DNA of 64,000 nt from an uncultured delta proteobacterium. GTDB lineage: Bacteria > Myxococcota_A > Polyangia > Polyangiales > Polyangiaceae. The stretch lies in contig CAWAIF010000003.1 of NCBI GenBank assembly GCA_963782055.1, positions 1,440,001 through 1,504,000 of the forward strand, read 5' to 3'. This document shows, one piece after another, positions 1-11,227 of the stretch (position 1 is the stretch's first letter; every line of letters begins with the position of its first letter). The notes beneath the pieces were generated by a model. The model ran no database searches. It was not told the DNA's origin and was given only the letters and a program-made list of their open reading frames with translations. The position numbers were made by a program, and so were the translations under genes.

Positions 1-123
1 GGGTCCATTCTTCCCTCCTGATGCGAGAAGTTCTTTCCATGCGGCCTGATCGCGTGCATCACGGATCACGTGACGTCCGAGCAGCGGATCAGCGAGCTGG
101 AGCAGGAGAATGCGGCGCTGCGG
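1..123 (+). mobile_element. Truncated left-end remnant of the IS66-family element found at 60837-62352
   Basis: Positions 1-120 align ungapped to 60865-60984 with 14 mismatches (counted by eye). The GTG at 70 matches the transposase start at 60934 (MTSEQRISELEQENAALR vs MTPEQRIQELEQENAALR). Similarity stops at about 123; the left IR would lie just outside the window. Confidence 0.85.
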
Positions 124-331
124 AGGCGCGACGCAAGACTAAGTGACGCGTTTGTGCGTCCTTTGTGCGCGACGCTCCACGCGATTCTGGTGCATGGTTC
201 GGATTGGGCGATGCGGGCCGCGGGCAGACGCGGGACGCGCCGCATCAGGCCGGGAGACGCGGGTGGTGCTTGGGAGGTCGGGTACGCCAACCTCGTGGGA
301 ATCGTCCGTCCATGGTCCAAGGAGGCAGAGC

Positions 332-2526
332 ATGTTCGGAACCTTTCCTTCGTCACGTGCAGCGGTTCTCGTCATGCTGGCCGGCCTGCTGGCCGTCGGC
401 TCCTCCGCGGCGCTCTCCGCTTGCTCGTCGGCGCCGTCGGAGTCGGTCGGCACCGCGAAGCAGCCGGACACCATCGTGACCACGAAGAAGTCGGTCGCCT
501 TCGGGAGCGAGACGACCGTCGCGTGGATCCCCGCGATCGTGGGCGGCGCGGGTCCCTTCGTGCTCGTCGGCTACAACGACGGCACCGGCGCCTTCGGCCA
601 GATGGCGTGGGCAGTGTCGACGGACAACGGCCTCACGTTCCCGACGACCGGCGTGGAGACGTCCAACGCCGTGGGCGTCAGCAACTTCTTCAGCATCACC
701 GACGGCGGCACCACACCGCCTCTCAATGATGGCTCCCCCTACCTGAAGACGGCGAGCGATCCTGCCGTCGTGGCCACCGGGTGGCCGGGCGTCGCCGCCT
801 ACTTCACGCTCGCCAACAGCACAACCTCTACCAAGCCGGTGGACGTCGTGATGATCACCTCCGTCGACGGCGGCACCACGTGGGGGCCGGCGAACGGCGG
901 CGACTTCAAGCGCATCTCCGATCTCAGCTCGTCGGGTGCCGCCGTGACGAGCGGATTCGTCGATGAGCCGGTTGCCTACTACGAGGGCGGGCAGACCCAC
1001 GTCATCTGGACGAACTGGAACAACGTCAACACGCCCTCCAACTATGGAGGACCGCGCAACTGGGTCGCGAAGGTACACATCACCAGCGCCGGGCAGATCG
1101 ATAGCGTCTCGACCCCGCAGGAGGCCCGAATCGACTGCGGTCTGAGCTGCGTGAAGTTCACCCAGGCGAACCTGGCGAGCTACTGCAGCACGCCGAGCGT
1201 TGACGGGTGCGTGGGTGGCACCGAGACGCTCCTGATGGGGTTCCCGCGCGTGAACAACGGCACGAGCCGGTGCTCCTACCAGGAGACGTCCCTCATCTGC
1301 AACCAGCAGGTCCTCCCGTGCACCAGCACGCTGGAGGTGGAGTACCACATCGCCACCTCCGTGGACGGCGGGCAGACGTGGACGCAGGGCGTGGGCAACT
1401 CGGACGGGTCGATCAACGTCATCGGGGACTCCGCCTGGCCCAACTGCATCGTGCCCACCGGAGTCCACCTTCCCACGCAGGACGCCGGCGCGAACTGGGG
1501 AGGCAACAACCGCGGCAAGATGGCGCTCGCCCATGACGATGCCCTGGGTGTCTGGCACATCCTCGTCAACAACGGCACGCGCAACGGCGCCGACGGCGGC
1601 GACAGCGGGCAGCGGATCCTGCACATCTGGGACTCCAGCGACGACCTCAGCGGGATCACCGGCTCCTTCTCCACGCACAACGAGGAGACCTGCCCGGTGA
1701 CGATGACGCCGGGCAGCTCCTACATGCAGTACTGCTCGAGCATCGACCACACCGCGGAGTGCTTCCTTTAACCAGTGGGGGCCGGAGCTCGCCGTCACGC
1801 TGCTCGCCGACGGCGGGAGCCAGGTGGCGGCGGCGTGGCACGACAGCCGCCTCGGCGACGCCGGTGATGGGACAGAGGCGTTCTTCGGGAGCGCCGCCCT
1901 CAACGGTCAGGGCTCGTCCTGGCCGAGCAACGGCTCGTGCCGCCTGCTCTCGCAGGGATACAGCCCGGCAGCGCTGCTCACCAACGGCGATTTCGAGACC
2001 GGGGGCTTCTCCCCGTGGAGCACCTCCGGGCCCGCAGTGTCCATCAGCACCTCCACTGTGCACGCCGGGACGTACGGCGCGATGCTCGGCTCGACGTCTC
2101 CGACCAACGGCGAGAGCACCATCACCCAGGCCGTGACCATCCCGACCTACAGCAACGCGGTCGGCCCGGCGGGCGCAGCGCTCGGCCTGTACTACTGGGA
2201 GACCTGCCCAGATACGTGCGGCACCAACTGCGACTTCTTCCGCGTGGAGATCCGCGACTCGTCCAACAACGTCCTCTCGACGCCCTTGCCCAAGCAGTGC
2301 ACGAGCACCGGCGGCTGGGCGCACCTCACCGCGGATCTCACCACGTACGCCGGGCAGACCGTCGTGGTGGCGATCACCAACAAGGACGACAACTGGTGGA
2401 GCGTCGACGACGGGTGTGGAACGTTCCACGGCTGGATCCCAAGGATGCCGGCGCGGACGCCAGCGTGGATGCGGGCGAGTACGCCGGCGCGGACGCCGCG
2501 GCCACGCTGGACGCGTCCTCCGATTA
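332..2526 (+). pseudogene. Frameshifted secreted lipoprotein with BNR/Asp-box repeats, a CBM-like domain and a DAG-rich tail
   Basis: AAGGAGG RBS, ATG at 332, lipobox LSAC, Asp-box motifs STDNGLTF, SVDGGTTW, SVDGGQTW. The frame stops at 1771 but continues in another frame (NQWGPELAV...AAAWHDSR...NGDFETGGFSPW). A second shift near 2410 leads to DAGADASVDAG...SSD* at 2526. Could be sequencing error. Confidence 0.6.
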
Positions 2527-2544
2527 GAACCGCGGCGCGATGCG

Positions 2545-2904
2545 CTAACCGACCACCTTGCTCGGGCGGTGCCTCGCCAGCTCGAGCACGTAGCGCGGCC
2601 GTCCGTCGGCGTCGCGGATCGCGAACACCTTCCCGAACGGCTTGTCCGTGAGCTCCATGGCGACCTCCGCCGTCGTGGAGAGCTCCTTCCATGCCGCCGG
2701 CGCGTCGTCGACGAGCCAGTACAGCTCCGGCTCGTCCGCGCCGCCGAGCGGTTCGTCGCTCGCGATGGCGAAATGCTCGAACTGGACGAACACCGGCGCC
2801 TCGCGCTGGATGACGAGGCCGAGAACGTCCACGTAGAAGCGCTTTGCCTTCTCGATGTCCTTCACGTACTCGATCGCGAATCCGAACCTGGGCTCGTTTG
2901 CCAT
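2545..2904 (-). CDS. VOC/glyoxalase family protein
   Basis: YVKDIEKAKRFYVDVLGL and DKPFGKVFAIRDADG motifs; AGGAG RBS before the ATG at 2904. Confidence 0.85.
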   Translation of the reverse strand: MANEPRFGFAIEYVKDIEKAKRFYVDVLGLVIQREAPVFVQFEHFAIASDEPLGGADEPELYWLVDDAPAAWKELSTTAEVAMELTDKPFGKVFAIRDADGRPRYVLELARHRPSKVVG

Positions 2905-2951
2905 GGGGACTCTCCTGCTGTCGGGTGATCCGCAAGAGCAGTACCCCACGC

Positions 2952-2973
2952 ACCTGACAGGGGCATGTCAGGT
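2952..2973. promoter_or_regulatory. Palindromic operator ACCTGACA-N6-TGTCAGGT upstream of the VOC gene
   Basis: Perfect 8-bp arms with a 6-bp spacer about 50 bp upstream of the start. Resemblance to WYL/YafY-type regulator sites is an inference. Confidence 0.55.
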
Positions 2974-3024
2974 TTGTCGCGCGACGCGATGCACGATCTG
3001 AAGTTGCGACGCCCCACCTCTCTC

Positions 3025-3416
3025 TCCCCCCTTCATCTCGGCGTGCCCCACGAGCGTCCCCGCCGGGTCGAGCACCCAGCTCTCCCTGGCGCCGTAGGAC
3101 GTCTCCCGCTCCGCGATGAGCACGCGCGCGCCGGCCGTCCTCGCCGCCTCGCGCGCCTCGGCGAGGCTCGCGACGTCGCAGTAGAGCGCGCACGGCGGTC
3201 GAGGTCCGGGACGCCGAGGTCCGCCCGCACGCGCGCGCGCGTTTGGAGCATGACCTCGCGGCCGTCGTTCTCGAGGAGCACGAAGCCGGCGGCGCCCTCG
3301 TGCGGGACCCGCAGCAACGCATCCGCCGGCGGACCGTACCTGTGGATCCTCGTCGTGGACGACTCGCCGACGACCGCCGCGAGCGCGCTCCGCATCCAGG
3401 CGGAGGGCTCGCTCAC
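3025..3416 (-). pseudogene. Frameshifted VOC/glyoxalase family protein
   Basis: N-terminal part VPHEGAAGFVLLENDGREVMLQ; after a shift near 3195 another frame reads ALYCDVASLAEA...ERETSYGARESWVLDPAGTLVGHAE, a typical VOC C-terminal half. The 3' end is approximate. Confidence 0.6.
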
Positions 3417-3441
3417 CGGTGACCTCGCGGCGCTTCGGCAG

Positions 3442-3813
3442 CTACTGCCTCAGCGCCTCCCTCACCATCCCCACCGCCCGCTTCACGTCCCCCTCCACCA
3501 CCTCCGCCTCAATCCTCAGCACCCGAAACCCCATCGCCTCGATCGTCCGCTGCCGCCGTGCATCCGCCTCCCGATGCCCCGCCGCCCGGTGGATCCCCCC
3601 GTCCACCTCCACCACCAGCCGCTCGCTCAGCGCCACGAAGTCCACGATGTAGCAACCCGCCAGCACGTGCTGCCGCCTGAACTTGACGCCCCCGCACCGC
3701 CGCGCCTGAAGCTCTCGCCACAGCATCGCCTCCGATCGCGTCGCCTCCTCCCGCCGCATCCGCCGCGCATGATGGAGGAGGAAGAAGAGAGAGGGAGCTT
3801 CGTGCGGTGCCAT
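3442..3813 (-). CDS. DUF559 / Vsr-like endonuclease domain protein
   Basis: TRSEAMLWRELQ..GVKFRRQH..YIVDF..LVVEVDGGIH..DARRQ..GFRVLRI motifs; ATG at 3813 preceded by GAGGGGG. Confidence 0.9.
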   Translation of the reverse strand: MAPHEAPSLFFLLHHARRMRREEATRSEAMLWRELQARRCGGVKFRRQHVLAGCYIVDFVALSERLVVEVDGGIHRAAGHREADARRQRTIEAMGFRVLRIEAEVVEGDVKRAVGMVREALRQ

Positions 3814-3930
3814 GCCCCCTCGAGGCGGAAGAAGCATGACAGCCGCAGTGTCGCCGTTCCCCGCGCCCCCGGAAGGCTGGCGGGCTTCTTCCGCCCGCCC
3901 GGCGTGGCACCGCACGAAGCTCCCTCGCTC
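3787..3930. repeat. Long inverted repeat overlapping the DUF559 start codon
   Basis: 3791-3812 GAGGGAGCTTCGTGCGGTGCCA is the exact reverse complement of 3905-3926; an inner stem 3824-3835 pairs with 3884-3895. Confidence 0.9.
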
Positions 3931-3950
3931 GTCCGCTCCCAGCCTGGGCG

Positions 3951-4195
3951 GAGGGCCCTCGCGGGGGAGGGCCCGTCACTCCCGTCCTCCGTCCCCCGCC
4001 CGCGCACCCGCGCACAGAAACCCTCCCCGCCCACGAGCGAGCGAAGCGAGCGAGGGGGCCGGGGGAGGGCGCTCACGCGCAGGGCTCGCGCGCAAGCGCG
4101 CGTGCGTGCCGTCGCCCGTGCACCGCGCGCCCCCCGCCGGCACGCGCGCGCGCGAGCACGAGCCCGAGCATGAGCGGGGCGGGGCCCCCCCTTCC
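3951..4195. repeat. Cluster of REP-like GC hairpins and hexamer repeats
   Basis: GGGCCCTC/GAGGGCCC (3953-3974); CCCTCCCC...GAGCGAGCGAAGCGAGCGA...GGGGAGGG (4021-4069); CGCGCGCAAGCGCGCG (about 4087-4102); GAGCAC-GAGCCC-GAGCAT run near 4154-4171. Confidence 0.55.
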
Positions 4196-4198
4196 TCC

Positions 4199-6880
4199 CT
4201 ACCCCCCCACCTGAGCCTCCAGAAACTCGTCAATCCGCCCCCCCAGCACCCGCCGCACATCCCCATCCACCACCCCCGTCCGCCGGTCCCGCACCCCGCG
4301 CGAGTGCCACTGATCGTAAGTCCGGATCGGAGGCTCATCATCACGCGCGGAAGGCTTCTCTCCCGTCCCCCCGACCGTCCGCACCTCGACCCGGGCCAGA
4401 TACGTCTCCCCCCGCTTGTGATCCTTCACCTTCGGCGCCGCGATCAGCCGGTGCCCGCCCCGCTCCCCCTTCAGGTACCCGAGCGCATACGGCCCGCGCA
4501 CCACCACGTCCACCTGGTGCGCCTGCTCGGTCAGCTCCACGTCGTACTTCCGCTCCTTCGCCCACGCCGCGTACATCGCGGCGAGCTCCTTCGCCCACGC
4601 GCTCGCGCCCTCCTTGCCGCCGACCGCGCGCACCGTCAGGTGCGCGTCCCCCTGGTCGGCGTCGTCCATCAGCACGATCTCCCGCTCCGCCCGGCGGAGC
4701 TGCCGCTCCAGGCGCGCGTACTTCTGCACCAGCGCCTCCTTCGCCGAGTCCTTCGCCTCCGCGAAGGACGCCTCCACCTGCGTCTGCAGCATCGCGAGGC
4801 GATCACGCAGGTCCTCCAGCCGGCGCAGCTCGACGGTCAGCCGGTGGCGCCGGTAGACCTCCCCGCCCTTGCCGAAGGCCTGGTCCCAGAAGGCGGGGCT
4901 CTTGGCGCTCTCCTCCATCGCCTCCAGCTCCGCCTTCAGCTTCCCGACGTCCGCCTTCTCCTCCAGCGTCGCCAGCCGCTCGTAGAGGGAGCCGAGCGCC
5001 TTCTTCACCTCCGCGACCGACAGCCGCACCACGCCGCCCTCGCCGTCGTCGACGCGCGTGCGCCGCTCAAGGTTCTGCAGCTTGCGCGACGACTCGGTGT
5101 CCTCGAAGGAGAGGGAGACGCCGTCGCCCCTGCGCGCCACGCGAAGGAGCTGGAAGCGGGAGAAGGGGGCGCCGAGCACCGCGCGGGCGAGCGGCAGCAC
5201 CAGCAGCTCCTCGATCGCGCGCTTGAGCGGCCGCGCGCCGTACTTGGGATCGAAGCCGCGGTCGAGGAGCAGGTCGATGACGCCGTCGTCCACCTCCAGG
5301 AGCAGATCGCGCTCCAGCAGGCCCTCGCGCCGGTACACCTTGCCGAGCTCGCGCTGCGCGATGCGCCGCATGTCCGCCTTCTGCAGGGCGTGGAAGACCA
5401 GGATGCGGTCGATGCGGTTGAGGAACTCCGGTCGGTAGGTCTGCTCCAGCGCGCGCCGCACGCCGCGCGCCATCTCCTCCGGCACGTCCCCCGCGCGCTT
5501 CTCCCCGAAGCCGATGGAGCTGGTGACGTCGCGCAGGTTGGAGCCCACGTTGGAGGTCAGGATCAGGATGGCGTGGCGGAAGTCCACCGTGTCGCCGAAG
5601 GCGTCGCTGAGGCGGCCGTCGTCGAAGACCTGCAGGAAGAGGTCGGCGAGGTTCGGGTGGCCCTTCTCGAACTCGTCGAGCAAGACGACGCTGAAGGGGT
5701 TCTTGCGGACGTGGTCGGTGAGCAGCCCCGTCTTGTTCTGCTTCGGGTCCCCGATGAGCTTCTCGAAGGAGTGGAAGTCCTTGTACTCGCTCAGGTCGAC
5801 GCGGAGCATCTTGTCGCGCGAGCCAAAGAGGAACTCGGCGGTGGCCTTGGCGAGCTCGGTCTTGCCGACGCCCGTCGGCCCGACGAAGAGCAGCACGCCC
5901 GCGGGGCGCTCCGGATCGTTGAGGCCGGTCTTGTAGAGCGCGAGCAGGTCGGCCACCGCGGAGACGGCCTCCGTCTGGCCGAGCACGCGCTCGGCGAGGA
6001 AGGCGTGCATCTCCTCGTACGTCATGCGCACGACCGGCGAGATCATGTGCATGGGCAGCCCGCTCTGCCGCGCGAACACCTCCTCCACGAACGCCGCGTC
6101 GATGGGCGCGGTCCGGGGTGCCGCCGTCGTCGCGCCCGGCTCCACGGGGACGGTCGGACGCGCCTCCTGCGCCACGCGGCGCAGCAGGTCCACGCCCTTG
6201 CCCGGGAAGCTCTGCGTGGGCAGGAACTTCTTGGCCAGCGAGTAGACGCGGTCGATCGCCTGCTTCTCGAAGGCGGGCGACAGCTCCGCGGCCACGCGCA
6301 GCAGCAGCTCGCGCGTCTGCTCCTCCGGCATCTCCTTGACCGGCACCGTGGCGAAGTCGCGCGCGAGCACCGGGTGCTCGCGGCAGAGCTTGTCCCAGCG
6401 GCCGGGGGTCATCTCCCCGAAGAGAATGAGCTTGCCGCTCTCGATCCCCGGGCGCATCAGGTCGTAGATGCCGCGCGGGTTGGTACTGTAGGAGCCGGCG
6501 TAGGGCAGGTTCCAGAGATCGCTGATGTAGTGCAGGCGCCTGGGCCCGGCGTGCTGCAGCACGCTGCGGATGCGGGTCTCCTGCTGGCCGGTGAAGCGGG
6601 TGTCGGAGCACAGGCCGACGGTGGAGATCTCGAAGATGCGGGTGCCCGCGAGCTCGGGGAGGCGGCCGTCGCGCAGGTAGGAGAGGAGCTTCTGCACGAC
6701 GGCGGTCTTGCCGACGCCGGAGGGACCCACCAGGACGGCCGACCGGCCGCTCGCCAGGGTCCGCGCGAGGGCGTGGATCTCGTCCTGACGCCCGAAGGTC
6801 TTGTTCCCCGTCGCCGTGACCTCGGCCGTGAGCTCGCGCCCGTCGGTCGCGACGACATCGAACGAGGTGCTGTCTGCCAC
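4199..6880 (-). CDS. ClpA/ClpB-type double AAA+ ATPase fused to a C-terminal RF2/PCRF-like domain lacking GGQ
   Basis: Walker A GPSGVGKT and GPTGVGKT, D2 Walker B VVLLDEFEK, QVFDDGRLSD, RPEFLNRID, GFDPKYGARPLKRAIE. The C-terminus has RF2-like SPAFWDQ, WAKELAAMY, GPYALGYLKGERGGHRL, IRTY..VRDRRTG..VLGGRIDEFLEA. GTG start at 6880 is inferred. Confidence 0.85.
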   Translation of the reverse strand: MADSTSFDVVATDGRELTAEVTATGNKTFGRQDEIHALARTLASGRSAVLVGPSGVGKTAVVQKLLSYLRDGRLPELAGTRIFEISTVGLCSDTRFTGQQETRIRSVLQHAGPRRLHYISDLWNLPYAGSYSTNPRGIYDLMRPGIESGKLILFGEMTPGRWDKLCREHPVLARDFATVPVKEMPEEQTRELLLRVAAELSPAFEKQAIDRVYSLAKKFLPTQSFPGKGVDLLRRVAQEARPTVPVEPGATTAAPRTAPIDAAFVEEVFARQSGLPMHMISPVVRMTYEEMHAFLAERVLGQTEAVSAVADLLALYKTGLNDPERPAGVLLFVGPTGVGKTELAKATAEFLFGSRDKMLRVDLSEYKDFHSFEKLIGDPKQNKTGLLTDHVRKNPFSVVLLDEFEKGHPNLADLFLQVFDDGRLSDAFGDTVDFRHAILILTSNVGSNLRDVTSSIGFGEKRAGDVPEEMARGVRRALEQTYRPEFLNRIDRILVFHALQKADMRRIAQRELGKVYRREGLLERDLLLEVDDGVIDLLLDRGFDPKYGARPLKRAIEELLVLPLARAVLGAPFSRFQLLRVARRGDGVSLSFEDTESSRKLQNLERRTRVDDGEGGVVRLSVAEVKKALGSLYERLATLEEKADVGKLKAELEAMEESAKSPAFWDQAFGKGGEVYRRHRLTVELRRLEDLRDRLAMLQTQVEASFAEAKDSAKEALVQKYARLERQLRRAEREIVLMDDADQGDAHLTVRAVGGKEGASAWAKELAAMYAAWAKERKYDVELTEQAHQVDVVVRGPYALGYLKGERGGHRLIAAPKVKDHKRGETYLARVEVRTVGGTGEKPSARDDEPPIRTYDQWHSRGVRDRRTGVVDGDVRRVLGGRIDEFLEAQVGG

Positions 6881-7025
6881 GGCTCTACTGTACTTGAGAG
6901 CGTGGACGCCCCGGCACGTCTTCTGCTTCCCGGGCGGAGCGGGTGCCGGGAGGACCACACGCCGGCATGGTCTTTCGGCCTGGTCGGGAGCGCGCAAAGT
7001 GCCTACGCTTCCAGTCCTACAGAGC

Positions 7026-8984
<1,959 letters not shown>

Positions 8985-8995
8985 GGCGGGACGCG

Positions 8996-9808
8996 CTACT
9001 TCCCCTGGAAGCGCGGCTTGCGCTTCTCCCCGAAGGCGACGAGCGCCTCGCCCAGGTCCTCCGAGGGCAAGAACGCCGAGTTCCACACCGCGACGTAGCG
9101 GAGGCCGGCGTCGTCGGCGCGGGCGACCCGCTCGTTCATCACCTGCTTGACGCCCTGGACCACGCGCGGCGGGTTCTCGGCGATGGCCCGCGCCGTCTGG
9201 CGCGCGGCGTCCCACGCCAGCTCGCGGGTCTCGCAGACATCGTTGACCAGGCCGATGCGCAGCGCGCGCTCGGCGTCGATGTCCTTGCCGGTGAGCGCCA
9301 GCTCGCGCGCGTGCCCCTCCCCGACGATGCGCGGGAGGCGCTGCAGCGTCCCCAGGTCCGCCACCATCGCCACGCGCACCTCGCGCACGCTGAAGCGCGC
9401 GTCGCGGCTCGCCACGCGCACGTCGCACGCGGTGATGACGTCCACGCCGCCGCCGATGCACGCCCCGTGAATCGCCGCGATGACCGGCTTGCGGCACCGG
9501 GTGATGGACGTCACCGCGGCCTGCAGGCCGAGGATGGTGTCGTGCATGCGGGTGCGCGCGGCGGCGAGACCGCCCGACATGAAGGAGCCGAGGTCGCCCA
9601 TCATGGAGACGAGATCCAGCCCGTAGGTGAAGTGGTCGCCGTCGGCACGCAGGACGACCGCGCGCACCGCGTCGTCCTCGTCGAGGGCGAGGAAGGTCTG
9701 GGGCAGCTCGCGCCAGAAATCGGGACCGAGCGCGTTGCCCTTGCCGGGCGTGCGCAGCACGACCTCCGCCACGTGATCGGAGGTCTGCACGAAGAGAGAG
9801 CTTGGCAT
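8996..9808 (-). CDS. Enoyl-CoA hydratase/isomerase (crotonase) family protein
   Basis: FTYGLDL, KPVIAAIHGACIGGGVD, DLGTLQRLPRIVG, EKRKPRFQGK. Confidence 0.95.
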   Translation of the reverse strand: MPSSLFVQTSDHVAEVVLRTPGKGNALGPDFWRELPQTFLALDEDDAVRAVVLRADGDHFTYGLDLVSMMGDLGSFMSGGLAAARTRMHDTILGLQAAVTSITRCRKPVIAAIHGACIGGGVDVITACDVRVASRDARFSVREVRVAMVADLGTLQRLPRIVGEGHARELALTGKDIDAERALRIGLVNDVCETRELAWDAARQTARAIAENPPRVVQGVKQVMNERVARADDAGLRYVAVWNSAFLPSEDLGEALVAFGEKRKPRFQGK

Positions 9809-9817
9809 GCGGGGGTT

Positions 9818-10432
9818 CTACCCCGGAAGGCCGCCGGCGTCAGGGGGGCGCTCCGACGCAAGGGCGCGGTCGAGTTCGCGCTGGTGGCGCTCCCGGTCGG
9901 CCCGCGCGCGACGTGCCTGCTCCTCCGCGGGGAGGACCCAGAACCCGCCGAGCGTGAGCCGGTCGAGCGTCGCCTCGTCGCCGAACCCGAGCCGGATGCG
10001 CATGCAGAGCGCCTCCAGGTGCCTGCGGGCACGAGCGCAGGCGCGGGCGGCGGGCCAGCGTCGCTCGCCGGGCGCGAGCGCGCCGTCGAGCGCCAGCTCC
10101 ACGTGCCCGACCAGCACCAGCCCGTAGAACGCGCGGCGCACGCGGCGCCGCCCCTCCGGCGTGAGCTCGACGACCATGTCCCGCCCGTCCCGCCGCCGCG
10201 TGACGAGCCCCAGCTGCTCGAGCGACCGCATCATCCGGCTGATCGTCGACCGCGCGACGCCGAGCCCGCGCCGCAGGTGACTCTGAAGATGAACCGTACG
10301 CGTCCCCAGCCGATACAGCGCATCGAGCAGGTCGTACCGCGCCGCCGTGAGCCCCATCGCCGCCAGCGCGCGCCGCGTGAGCCGCAGCGTCGCGTGATAG
10401 GCCCGCTTGATCGTGAAGAACACAGGATCCAT
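9818..10432 (-). CDS. MarR-family winged-helix regulator
   Basis: GLTAARYDLL..LGVARSTISRMMRSLEQLGLVTRRRDGRDMVVELTPEGR. Confidence 0.8.
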   Translation of the reverse strand: MDPVFFTIKRAYHATLRLTRRALAAMGLTAARYDLLDALYRLGTRTVHLQSHLRRGLGVARSTISRMMRSLEQLGLVTRRRDGRDMVVELTPEGRRRVRRAFYGLVLVGHVELALDGALAPGERRWPAARACARARRHLEALCMRIRLGFGDEATLDRLTLGGFWVLPAEEQARRARADRERHQRELDRALASERPPDAGGLPG

Positions 10433-10620
10433 CCCAGGCCACCAGAGCACACCCCATGCCACCCCCCCTCCCCACAGATTCCGCGGAAACGTCGAAGTGC
10501 GAGCGTGCTAGCAGTCCGACGTTTGGTGTCCGGGACAGGGAGAAGGGACAGGGGGGACAGGTCTCGTTCGCGACGGGCGCGGACGCTGGAGAGCGCCCGC
10601 GAAGGGTCGAGGGGCGGCGC

Positions 10621-11193
10621 TCAGAGGCCGGTCCACGTGAGCGTCAGGCCGAGCGGCGCGCCGGACACCCCAGGGGCGAGGCGCCAGGCCGAGTCGGGGA
10701 AGACATTCACCACGACCACCCGCGTGCGCCAGAAGTGCCCGACGAGCGCGGTGAGGAGGCCGCCGAACTGGAGGGCGGCGTCGGCGATCAGCAGGCCGGT
10801 GAAGAGCCCCGCGTCCTCCTTGTCCTGCACGCCGGGGAGGGCGGCGGCGATGATCGGCCCCGCGACGGGCAGGTAGAGGAGGTCGTAGGTTTGGTCGGTG
10901 CACTGCCCGTTGCATGCGAGGTCGCCGATCTCGGCGACGAAGGTGCTGGCCATGTACGCCCCGAGCGCAGTGAACGCGCCCGCCTGAAAGAGCGCCTCGT
11001 GGCGGCGGAGCTCCAGCCGCCCGTGGGGTGGGAGCGGGCCGCCGTCGTAGTCGTACTCGAAGGCTGGGCCGTAGGACTCCGTGGAGGGGCGCCAGGCGTG
11101 GCGCGCGTCGGGCGGGGCGATCTGCGCGGCGGCGACGCGGGAGATCGAGCACGCCGCCAGCACCGAGGCGGCGACCATGCAGCGCGCGCGCAT
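10621..11193 (-). CDS. Hypothetical secreted/membrane protein
   Basis: Signal-like N-terminus, hydrophobic segments with LYLPVAGP, C-terminal LAPGVSGAPLGLTLTWTGL. Confidence 0.6.
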   Translation of the reverse strand: MRARCMVAASVLAACSISRVAAAQIAPPDARHAWRPSTESYGPAFEYDYDGGPLPPHGRLELRRHEALFQAGAFTALGAYMASTFVAEIGDLACNGQCTDQTYDLLYLPVAGPIIAAALPGVQDKEDAGLFTGLLIADAALQFGGLLTALVGHFWRTRVVVVNVFPDSAWRLAPGVSGAPLGLTLTWTGL

Positions 11194-11227
11194 GCGCAGA
11201 CGATAGCAGCTCGGCGGGTGCGCGGCG

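Noticed and set aside
4199..4990. A separate prfB gene or an RF2 programmed frameshift
   Set aside because: The RF2-like region is in one continuous frame with the ATPase, lacks GGQ and SPF, and I saw no CTT-TGA shift site.
10532..10561. GGGACAGG repeated three times upstream of the MarR gene
   Set aside because: Short, purine-rich and irregularly spaced; not enough support for a binding site.
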